Positions 36,031-44,020 of a stretch of 64,000 nt of DNA are shown here, in pieces. Where the stretch lies: contig CAVPVR010000002.1 of the NCBI GenBank assembly GCA_963709285.1, positions 1,491-65,490 of the forward strand, written 5' to 3'. Made by a program: the position numbers and the translations under genes. The notes below the pieces were generated by a model that was given only the letters and a program-made list of their open reading frames with translations, was not told the origin of the DNA and made no database searches. Within the stretch, counting starts at the first letter, position 1. Each line of letters begins with the position of its first letter. Origin of the DNA: an uncultured delta proteobacterium. GTDB taxonomy: Bacteria; Desulfobacterota; Desulfobaccia; Desulfobaccales; 0-14-0-80-60-11.

Positions 36031-36564
36031 TTATAACCCCTTCCTTTCAAACCAGTAAAACAGCCCCAGGGTGCCCAGAATCACCACCGGAATGACAACC
36101 CAAGGGTTCACCCCCAGGACCTGGGGCAGGGTAAGTTTGCCCAGGTTGCCCCAGGTGAGGAGCGTCTGTTTCATGAGGGGGTAGGCTTCAGCATACAGGG
36201 CGGCACCGACAATCATTCCTATAATACCCCACAGCGTTCCCCAGCGTCCCTCACCCACCGCGCCCACGGCAGTGCCGGGGCAGAAGCCGAACAGGCCCCA
36301 GCCCATGCCGAAGATGAGCCCGCCGCTAATGTTGCCCCCCAGAACCGTGGCTTTGATGGAGAGCTTGACCAGGCCCAGATCATGGAGGAAATAGACGCCC
36401 ACCATGGCCACCAGGATGCTGGACATCATGAACTTGACAATGGTCATGTCCAGGAGGCGCAGAGCGCCAAGTTGCTTATCGTAGCGCAGCACCTGGCCTC
36501 TCTGCAGGAGAAAACCGAACAGGATGCCGGTGATGAAGCCATAGAGCAGAACTGTCATGGTCAT
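36031..36564 (-). CDS. YeeE/YedE (DUF395, sulfur/selenium transport) family protein, second half-transporter gene
   Basis: ORF 36031..36780. The likely start ATG at 36564 (MTMTVLLYGFITGILFGFLLQRG) overlaps the upstream stop as ATGA. Conserved GLFGFCPGTAVG motif. Confidence 0.8.
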   Translation of the reverse strand: MTMTVLLYGFITGILFGFLLQRGQVLRYDKQLGALRLLDMTIVKFMMSSILVAMVGVYFLHDLGLVKLSIKATVLGGNISGGLIFGMGWGLFGFCPGTAVGAVGEGRWGTLWGIIGMIVGAALYAEAYPLMKQTLLTWGNLGKLTLPQVLGVNPWVVIPVVILGTLGLFYWFERKGL

Positions 36565-37079
36565 TTCCCCCTGCCATACAGGAGACGGGCTATCACCATA
36601 CCGCCCAGAAAAAAACAAATCAAGGCCACAAAACCGCTGACCGATAGCTGGAGCAGACCGCTCAGCCCATGGCCGCTGGGTCAGCCGCCGGCCAGACGCG
36701 CCCCGAACATGGCCACAGTGCCGCCCGCCAAGGCCACCACACCTCGGGTCCCCTGGTTGGGGCCGAAGCGCCCCTCCCACATGGGGGGCACGGCCTCCCA
36801 GCGGAAGTCATCAAAAAGTTTGGCTGACACGCAGGCGCCCAGTAAAATGCCCAGCACGAACATCCACTGCCAATCCACCTGCGGCAGGGTTTTGACGAAA
36901 TAGGGCATGCTGGCCACCCGCTCGGGGGTCACCAGGCTCTCCAGCATGCCGGCGGTGCGGACAAAGCTGGTGGAGGCCCCGAAAAACTTGCCACTCAGCC
37001 ACACGGAGAACACCATGAGCAGGCCGGTCAGGGCTCCGGCCAGGTAAGGGTTCCAGCCTTTTTTAGAGTTCCCGGACAT
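36561..37079 (-). CDS. YeeE/YedE family protein, first half-transporter gene, with an in-frame UGA (putative selenocysteine) at codon 133
   Basis: ORF 36681..37079 stops at TGA (36681..36683) inside ...FGARLAGG-TGA-PSGHGLSGLLQLSVSGFVALICFFLGGMVIARLLYGRGK. The same frame stays open 39 more codons to a TGA at 36561..36563, which overlaps the next gene's ATG. The TGA sits where this family has the Cys of the GGC motif. Confidence 0.7.
36639..36674 (-). promoter_or_regulatory. Putative bacterial SECIS hairpin
   Basis: mRNA GGCC-AUGG-GCUGAGC-GGUCU-GCUC(C)AGC-UAUC-GGUC. The upper stem has 7 bp with one bulged C. Apical loop GGUCU; its GG lies 22-23 nt after the UGA, resembling the E. coli fdhF SECIS apex. 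Confidence 0.5.
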
Positions 37080-37291
37080 GATTTCTCCTTATTTTTTGTG
37101 AGGAACGGCGCGCCCGGCTCGACGTAACTCTTTCCTTATTTAATATAACCAGGGATTCTGGGAGCGCCTGGGTGCCTTACCTAATTCTGCGCCAGGCAGG
37201 GAGGGCAGGCAAGGCCCACGCAGCCAAAACCAGCAGGTAGTATTTTCCTGGAAAACCTGCCCTGCCTGACCGTGGGAACCCCCTGGTCACG

Positions 37292-37696
37292 TCAGATAGT
37301 CTCAGCTGCCAGAAGGGCCTTAATTTCCTCCTGGATGCGCTCCACGGGCAGCGCCCCGGCGAAGCGGCCCCGGCCGTTCAGGTAGACCAGAGGCGGAGGA
37401 TAGGTGAGGGAACACAAGAGCTTGGTTTGGGGTAGCTCCGGCCCCCGGGGGTCCTGGAGAACATTGATGTACTCCACCCGGACCTTTCCCGGAAATTCTT
37501 TTTCCAGGGTCAGGGCCAAGGCCTGGGTTTGCATTTCCACACTGATTTTTTCAAAGGCATCGCGGGGTTGGTGCGTATGGCTGTGCCCAGGCCCATGGTC
37601 GTGGCCGTGATGATGGTCGCAGCCGCAGTCACAACCCCCGCGGCGGGCCACAGGAGCGTCATAGATGACAATTTCCACCAAATTAGTTGAACGCAT
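37292..37696 (-). CDS. Thioredoxin-fold, ArsD-like small protein with a Cys/His-rich metal-binding insert
   Basis: ORF 37292..37906; likely start ATG at 37696 behind AGGAGG. VEIVIYDAPVARRGGCDCGCDHHHGHDHGPGHSHTH... and C-terminal PPLVYLNGRGRFAGALPVERIQEEI resemble the ArsD layout. Assignment is tentative. Confidence 0.5.
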   Translation of the reverse strand: MRSTNLVEIVIYDAPVARRGGCDCGCDHHHGHDHGPGHSHTHQPRDAFEKISVEMQTQALALTLEKEFPGKVRVEYINVLQDPRGPELPQTKLLCSLTYPPPLVYLNGRGRFAGALPVERIQEEIKALLAAETI

Positions 37697-37868
37697 ATAT
37701 CCTCCTGGGGGCAAGAAGAAAGGCGCACTCCTTGCCCTAAATATCCTCGCTTGGTGAAATTTTCGCGCTAGTGGCTCAGTAACCCAAGTATTTTTGCACA
37801 AAAGATGGTTAAGGGAAGGTTTAGTTTTTTCAAATAACGTATAATAATTGGTTGAGAAGGAGGCCGTT

Positions 37869-38711
37869 ATGGAGCTCAACATTCTCCAGGCCATTGAACT
37901 GGCCATTGCCCATGAGCTGGAGGCCCGCCGCAGTTACCTGGCCCTGGCCGACGAAGCCGACGACCCAGAGCTCAGACACCTGTTACAAGAGATCGCCCAG
38001 GAGGAAGCGGGCCACGAGGCCAGTCTCAGGAGCCGGTTGCGTCTTTACGAACAAAGGATTTTACTGCGGGATACCCTGAGCCGCTACGTCAGCCCGGCCA
38101 TGACCGAGGAGATTTTGAAAAACCCGGAGACTCTCCAGTTAGGCGGCCAGCGGCGCCATGTGTCGGTGCTCTTCGCCGATATCAAGGGCTTCACCTCGCT
38201 CTCCGAGAAGATGGACCCCGCCGAAGTGGTGGAAATGCTCAATCACTATTTCACCCAGATGGTGGACCTGGTCTTTGAACACCAGGGCACCCTGGACAAG
38301 TTTCTGGGGGACGGCCTTATGGCCTTCTTTGGGGCGCCCCTCGAAGTGCCCCAGGCTGCCAGCCAGGCCGTGGCCTGCGCCATCGCCATGCAACAACGCC
38401 TCCACGCCCTGAAACAGGAGGGGGTTACCCCCATTCAGGGTCTGTGGGTGGGCGTCAACACCGGGGAGGCCATCGTCGGCAATATCGGCTCGGCCAGACG
38501 CATGGACTTTACTATCATCGGGGATGTGGTGAACGTGGCCGCCCGCCTCCTGGAGGTGGGTCGGGAGCAGGAAGCCTCCATCGTTATTGGGGAATCCACC
38601 TACCGGGAGGTGGAAGGCAATTTCACTCTGAACCCCGGGCCCTCCGTGGTTCTCAGGGGCCGCCAGGAGACCACCGTGAGTTACCTGGTGGAGTTCCCTC
38701 TCACCCCCTGA
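37869..38711 (+). CDS. Class III adenylate/guanylate cyclase with an N-terminal ferritin/rubrerythrin-like helical domain
   Basis: ORF 37848..38711; ATG at 37869 behind AGGAGG. N-terminus LQAIELAIAHELEARRSYLALA...LLQEIAQEEAGHEASL. Cyclase core VSVLFADIKGFTSLSE...FLGDGLMAFFGAP...VNVAARL. Confidence 0.8.
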   Translation: MELNILQAIELAIAHELEARRSYLALADEADDPELRHLLQEIAQEEAGHEASLRSRLRLYEQRILLRDTLSRYVSPAMTEEILKNPETLQLGGQRRHVSVLFADIKGFTSLSEKMDPAEVVEMLNHYFTQMVDLVFEHQGTLDKFLGDGLMAFFGAPLEVPQAASQAVACAIAMQQRLHALKQEGVTPIQGLWVGVNTGEAIVGNIGSARRMDFTIIGDVVNVAARLLEVGREQEASIVIGESTYREVEGNFTLNPGPSVVLRGRQETTVSYLVEFPLTP

Positions 38712-38795
38712 CCCCCTATTTTTTCGGAACAGATATTTGTGAAAAATTTCTGTTGACATTGGTTTTAATTTTTATTAAGTTTAGGTCTTGGGAAT

Positions 38796-38813
38796 ATGTG
38801 AATAAATTCACTT
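38796..38813. promoter_or_regulatory. Candidate Rex (redox-sensing repressor) operator upstream of sat
   Basis: ATGTGAATAAATTCACTT versus the published Rex palindrome TTGTGAAnnnnTTCACAA; the core GTGAA-N4-TTCAC is perfect. It lies 59 nt upstream of the sat ATG. A weaker half-match, TTGTGAAAAATTTCTGTT, is at 38737..38754. Confidence 0.4.
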
Positions 38814-38871
38814 GCATTTCCACGACGTTACGGCTAGCCGGCAAATACTTAGTCCTCCAGGAGGAAGATAG

Positions 38872-40102
38872 ATGGCTCTGGTAAATCCACACGGTAAAGA
38901 AAAGAAATTAAAGCCTTTGCTGCTTTCCCCGGCCGAGGTGGCCGAAGAAAAGAAGCGGGTCAAGGATCTGACTGCAGTTGTCATGACGTCCCGGGAAACG
39001 GCCGACCTCATCATGCTGGCCATCGGCGGCTTCACCCCCCTGGACGGCTTCATGGGCTCCAAGGACTGGAAGGGGGTCTGTGACAACTATCAGTTGGCGG
39101 ACGGCACCTTCTGGCCCATCCCCATCACCTTCTCCACCACCAAGGGCAAAGCCGACTCCATCAAGGAGGGTCAGGAAGTGCTGCTGGTGGACGAAGAGAC
39201 GGAAGAGCGGATGGGGACCATGGTGGTCACCGAAAAGTACACCATTGACAAGGTGCATGAGTGCAAGCAGATCTTCAGGACCGATGACATGGAGCACCCG
39301 GGGGTGCGCATGGTCATGGGTCAGGCCGAGGTCAACCTGGCGGGCACCGTCAAGGTCTGGAGCGAAGGCCCCTTTCCCAAGGCGTACCCTGGCCTTTATA
39401 TGCGGCCGGCGGAGACCCGGCGGCTGTTTGAGGAAAAGGGCTGGAACACCATCGCCGCCCTGCAGCTCAGAAACCCCATGCACCGCTCCCACGAGTATTT
39501 GGCCAAGATCGCCATCGAAGTCTGCGACGGCGGTGCTGATCCACCAGCTCCTGGGGAAACTGAAACCTGGCGACATTCCTGCCGAGGTGCGCACCGATGC
39601 CATTAATGTCCTGATGGAACACTATTTTGTTAAGGACACCGTGGTCCAGGCTGGTTACCCTCTGGATATGCGGTATGCCGGACCCCGGGAAGCGCTGTTG
39701 CACGCGGTCTTCCGTCAGAACTTCGGGTGCAGCCACCTCATCGTCGGCCGTGACCATGCCGGTGTGGGTGAGTACTACGGCCCCTTCGACGCCCAGCATA
39801 TCTTCCTGGAAATCCCCAAGAATTCCCTGGAACTCAAACCCTTGAACATCGACTGGACCTTCTATTGCCATAAGTGTGACGGCATGGCCTCCATGCGTAC
39901 CTGCCCCCATGGCAAGGATGACCGGCTCATCCTGAGCGGCACCATGCTGCGGAAGATGCTGTCCGAAGGTCTGGATGTACCTGACCACTTCAGCCGTGAT
40001 GAAGTCCTGAAAGTCCTCCGGAAATATTATGAAGGTCTGACCGAGAAAGTGGAGGTCAAGGTCCACGGTTTTGCCACCGGGGATCTCCCGGGCAAAAAGT
40101 AG
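38872..40102 (+). pseudogene. sat: Sulfate adenylyltransferase (ATP sulfurylase), with one +1 frame disruption
   Basis: ORF 38872..39606 (...[23 protein letters not shown]) continues in the frame of ORF 39080..40102 ([20 protein letters not shown]...GRDHAGVG...). There is an extra G at about 39541. RBS GGAGGA upstream. Confidence 0.93.
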
Positions 40103-40214
40103 GGAATTGCCGCCCCTGGCGGATGGCTATATATTCACCTGGGAGCGGCGCTTGGCGCCCTCCCGGCCCTGAGAAAAAAAATATCAGTAACCTTTATTTC
40201 AGGAGGTTGGAAAC

Positions 40215-40640
40215 ATGCCCAGTTTTGTAATTTCGGAGAAATGTGACGGCTGCAAAGCCCTGGACAGGACCGCCTGCCAGTACATCTGCCCCAATGACCT
40301 GATGGTCCTGGACCATGAAAAGATGAAAGCCTTCAACCAGGAGCCGGAGCAGTGCTGGGAGTGCTACAACTGTGTAAAGATCTGCCCCGTGCAGGCCGTT
40401 GAGGTCCGCCACTATGCGGACATTATGCCGCTCGGCTCCAGCACCATCCCGCTCCGTGGCACAGACAACATCATGTGGACCATCAAGTTCCGGAACCAGA
40501 AGACCATCAAGCGCTTCAAGTTCCCCACCCGCACCACCCCGGAAGGCTCCATTGATGCCTTCAAAGGCAAAACCCTGCCCAGCGATTTGGCTGACCTCAA
40601 GAAACCTGGTTTCTATACTGCCCCGGCCCGGGACAAGTAA
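40215..40640 (+). CDS. aprB: Adenylylsulfate (APS) reductase beta subunit
   Basis: 141 aa. MPSFVISEKCDGCKALDRTACQYICPNDLM...CWECYNCVKICP ferredoxin-like clusters plus the AprB tail. Confidence 0.95.
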   Translation: MPSFVISEKCDGCKALDRTACQYICPNDLMVLDHEKMKAFNQEPEQCWECYNCVKICPVQAVEVRHYADIMPLGSSTIPLRGTDNIMWTIKFRNQKTIKRFKFPTRTTPEGSIDAFKGKTLPSDLADLKKPGFYTAPARDK

Positions 40641-40678
40641 GCCGGTTTGACCGCGAAATTTTAAGGAGGATCTGAATA

Positions 40679-42640
40679 ATGGAAAAAGAATTCTGTAAGT
40701 GGTCGTTCTGTGAAAAACCGCCGGTCGAGACCGTCGAGACCGATCTCCTCCTCGTAGGCGGCGGCATGGCTTGCTGCGGCGCCGCGGTGGAGGCAGCCGC
40801 TTGGGCCAAGGCAACCGGTCTTAAGGTCACCATGGTGGACAAAGCGGCGGTGGACCGTTCCGGCGCGGTGGCCATGGGTCTGTCGGCCATTAACACCTAC
40901 GTCGGCAAAGAAAACCCGGTGGATGACTACGTTAAGTACGTGCGCACCGACCTCATGGGCATCATCCGGGAAGACCTGGTGCACTCCCTGGGCTGCCACG
41001 TGGACATCTCCGTGCATGACTTTGAAGAGTGGGGCCTCCCCATCTGGAAAAAGGACAAAGAAGGCCACACCGTGGACGGCCAGGTGGCCAAAGACGAAGA
41101 GCTGCCTCTCCTGAAAGACGGGGGCCAATGCTGCCGTTCCGGCCGTTGGCAGTGCATGATTAATGGTGAGTCCTACAAGGTCATCGTCGGCGAGGCCGCC
41201 AAAAACGCCCTCGGAACCGATAACATTTACGAGCGCGTCTTCATCGTCAAACTCTTGACCGACAAGAAAGACCCCAACCGGGTGTGCGGCGCCGTCGGCT
41301 TCAGCGTCCGTGAGCACAAGGCATACGTCTTCAAGTGCAAAGCCATGATCGTGGCCTGCGGTGGCGTGGTCAACGTCTTCCGGCCTCGGTCCGTGGCGGA
41401 AGGCCAGGGCCGCGCCTGGTACCCGGTGTGGAACGCCGGCTCCACCTACGCCATGCCCGCGGAAATCGGCGCCAAGATGGTTCTCATGGAGAACCGTTTC
41501 GTCCCGGCCCGGTTTAAGGACGGTTACGGCCCCGTAGGCGCCTGGTTCTTGTTCTTCAAGGCCAAGGCCACCAACGCTTACAACGAAGATTACATGGAAA
41601 AGAACTGGGATCGGGTCAAAAAGGAATATCCCGGCTACGCCGATTCCCCCGGCACCTGCCTTCGGAACCATGCCGCCATGATCGAGATGCGGGACGGCAA
41701 AGGCCCCATCATGATGCACACCGACAAGGCCATGGCGGAACTGGCCAAGGTTCTCTCCAAAAAAGAGCTCAAGCACCTGGAAGCGGAAGCCTGGGAAGAC
41801 TTCCTGGACATGTCCATCTCCGCCGCGTGCGCTGTGGGCCTCCATGAACATGGAGCCCGACAAGGTGCCTTCTGAGATCATCCCGTCCGAGCCCTACCTG
41901 CTCGGTTCCCACGCCGGCTGCGCCGGTCTCTGGGTTTCCGGTCCCTCTAAGGGCTACCTGGGCGCCCCCGATGACTGGTTCTGGGGCTATGACCGCATGA
42001 CCACCGTCGAGGGTCTGTTCACCGCCGGTGACGGCGTTGGCGCCTCCGGGCACAAGTTCTCCTCCGGTTCCCACGCTGAGGGCCGCATGGCCGCCAAGGC
42101 TGCCTTCGCCTTCATCCTGGATCACAAGGACGACAAGCTCGAGGCCGCTCAGAACATCGACGAGGTCCTGGAACAGATCTACCTGCCCTTCGAGATCTTC
42201 GAAAAGCACAAGAACTACACCACCGCGCCGGACATCAACCCCAACTACCTCCGGCCCAAGCATGTTCAGTCCCGCTTGCAGAAGATCATGGACGAGTACG
42301 TGGGCGGCATGCGCCACCATGTACATGACCAACGAAAAAATGCTGGAACATCGCGCTGGAGCGCCTCACCATGCTGAAGGAAGACGCCCAGCACATGGCC
42401 GCGGGGGACCTCCACGAGCTCATGCGGGCCTGGGAGCAGTACCACCGCATCCTGGCCGGTGAGGCCCACCTGCGCCACATCCTCTTCCGGGAAGAGAGCC
42501 GGTACCCTGGTTACTACTACCGCTCCGACTTCCTGAGCATCGATGATAAGAAATGGAGGGTCTTCACCATTTCCCAGTACGACATGAACACCAACGAGTG
42601 GAAGTTCGAGACCGTGCCCTATAAGGAACTGGTGAAGTAA
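40679..42640 (+). pseudogene. aprA: Adenylylsulfate (APS) reductase alpha subunit, with three +1 frame disruptions
   Basis: The sequence reads in four pieces across three frames. (1) ORF 40679..41875 (DLLLVGGGMACCGAA...). (2) ORF 41844..42377 (MNMEPDKVPSEIIPSEPYLLGSHAGCAGLWVSGP...). (3) A short stretch in a third frame (ATMYMTNEKMLEH). (4) ORF 42371..42640 (ALERLTMLKEDAQ...YKELVK). The shifts are at about 41825, 42311 and 42351. Confidence 0.93.
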
Positions 42641-42758
42641 AACATAAGCATCCACCCCGGGGCTTCCTCAGGAAGCCCCGGACCTTGCTTGGGGCCGTGG
42701 TCTTTGAACCTAACCACGGCCACTTTTTTATCCGGCAAGCTCCTAAAGGAGGACTAAG

Positions 42759-44018
42759 GTGAGCTCCGACAACGGTACGATTCTGGTTGTCGGGGGAGGC
42801 ATGAGCGGTCTGACGGCTGCCCTCGAAGCCGCCGAGTCCGGCGCCCAGGTCATCATTACGGAAAGAGAGCCGTATCTGGGCGGCCGGGTCGCTCAACTCC
42901 ACCGATACTTCCCCAAGCTCTGCCCGCCTACCTGTGGTCTGGAGATTCAATTTCGCCGCATTCGGGAAAACCCCCGGATCACCTTCTACACCATGGCGGA
43001 AGTGACCCAGGTCTCCGGCAGCGCTGGCGAGTTTGAGGTGACCGTCCAGGTCAAGCCCCGCTATGTTAATGACCGTTGCGTGGCCTGCGATGCCTGTACG
43101 GAAGCCTGCCCGGCCTGGCGGGTGAACGACTTTAACTACGGTTTGGACAAAACCAAAGCGGCCTACATCCCTTTTGACATGGCCTTTCCCCTGAAATACG
43201 TCATCGACATGGAGGCCTGCACCGGGGACTGCGGCCAAAAGTGCGCCGAGGCCTGTAAGTACGAGGCTATCGATCTCGGTATGCAGTCCCAGACCCACAC
43301 CTTCCAGGTGGGATCCATCGTCCTGGCGGGCGGTTGGGAGCTTTATGACGTCTCCAAGGTGGAAACTTTGGGCTCCGGCCAGGTGAACAACGTCATAACC
43401 AACATGCAGATGGAACGCCTGGCGGCCGCTAACGGCCCCACCGGCGGCAAGATCCAGCGGCCCAGCGACAGCCAGCCGCCCAAGAAGGTGGCCTTCGTGC
43501 AGTGCGCCGGCTCCCGGGACGAGAATCATCTGCCCTACTGTTCCTACATCTGCTGCATGGCCTCTCTGAAGCAGGTCACCTACCTCAAGGAGCAGGACCC
43601 CGAGACCGAGGCTACCGTATTTTACATTGACCTCCGCACCCCGGGCCGCTATGAGCAGTTTATGTGGAAAGTGCGGGACGAAGAGGGTATCAACCTCATC
43701 CGGGGCAAGGTGGCCAGGTTGGAGCAGCAGCCGGGCACCGACAACGTGGTGGTCACCGTGGAAGACACCGTGGGCGGTCGCAAATTGAAAGAAACCTTTG
43801 ACCTGGTGGTCCTGGCCGCCGGCATGGTGCCCTCCACCAAGAACAGCCCCTTTCCGTTGCCCCTGTCCTACACCCCGGAGGGCTTCGTCATTCCTGAGCT
43901 TCTGCCCGACGGGGTTTTTGCCGTCGCCTCAATGAAAAGCCCTCTGGATGTCATGAAGTCCAACGAAGACGCCACCGGGGCCGCCCTTAAAAGTCTCATC
44001 AGCCTGAGCAGGAGGTAG
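42759..44018 (+). CDS. qmoA: Quinone-interacting membrane-bound oxidoreductase complex subunit A (HdrA-like flavoprotein)
   Basis: 419 aa, GTG start behind AAGGAGG. ILVVGGGMSGLTAALEAAESG. Position directly after aprBA. Confidence 0.9.
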   Translation: MSSDNGTILVVGGGMSGLTAALEAAESGAQVIITEREPYLGGRVAQLHRYFPKLCPPTCGLEIQFRRIRENPRITFYTMAEVTQVSGSAGEFEVTVQVKPRYVNDRCVACDACTEACPAWRVNDFNYGLDKTKAAYIPFDMAFPLKYVIDMEACTGDCGQKCAEACKYEAIDLGMQSQTHTFQVGSIVLAGGWELYDVSKVETLGSGQVNNVITNMQMERLAAANGPTGGKIQRPSDSQPPKKVAFVQCAGSRDENHLPYCSYICCMASLKQVTYLKEQDPETEATVFYIDLRTPGRYEQFMWKVRDEEGINLIRGKVARLEQQPGTDNVVVTVEDTVGGRKLKETFDLVVLAAGMVPSTKNSPFPLPLSYTPEGFVIPELLPDGVFAVASMKSPLDVMKSNEDATGAALKSLISLSRR

Positions 44019-44020
44019 CC

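Noticed and set aside
36681-36683. The yeeE TGA explained as a simple sequencing error or a genuine truncation.
   Set aside because: This is not fully excluded. It was set aside because the error mode in this contig is insertions rather than substitutions, the downstream frame encodes the missing TM helix, that frame ends in an ATGA overlap with the next gene, and a SECIS-like hairpin follows at the expected distance.
38753-38781. A sigma-70 promoter for sat (TTGACA at 38753..38758).
   Set aside because: No acceptable -10 hexamer lies at 16-18 nt spacing. TATTAA sits only 14 nt downstream, and TAAGTT at 17 nt is poor. It is therefore not reported as a feature.
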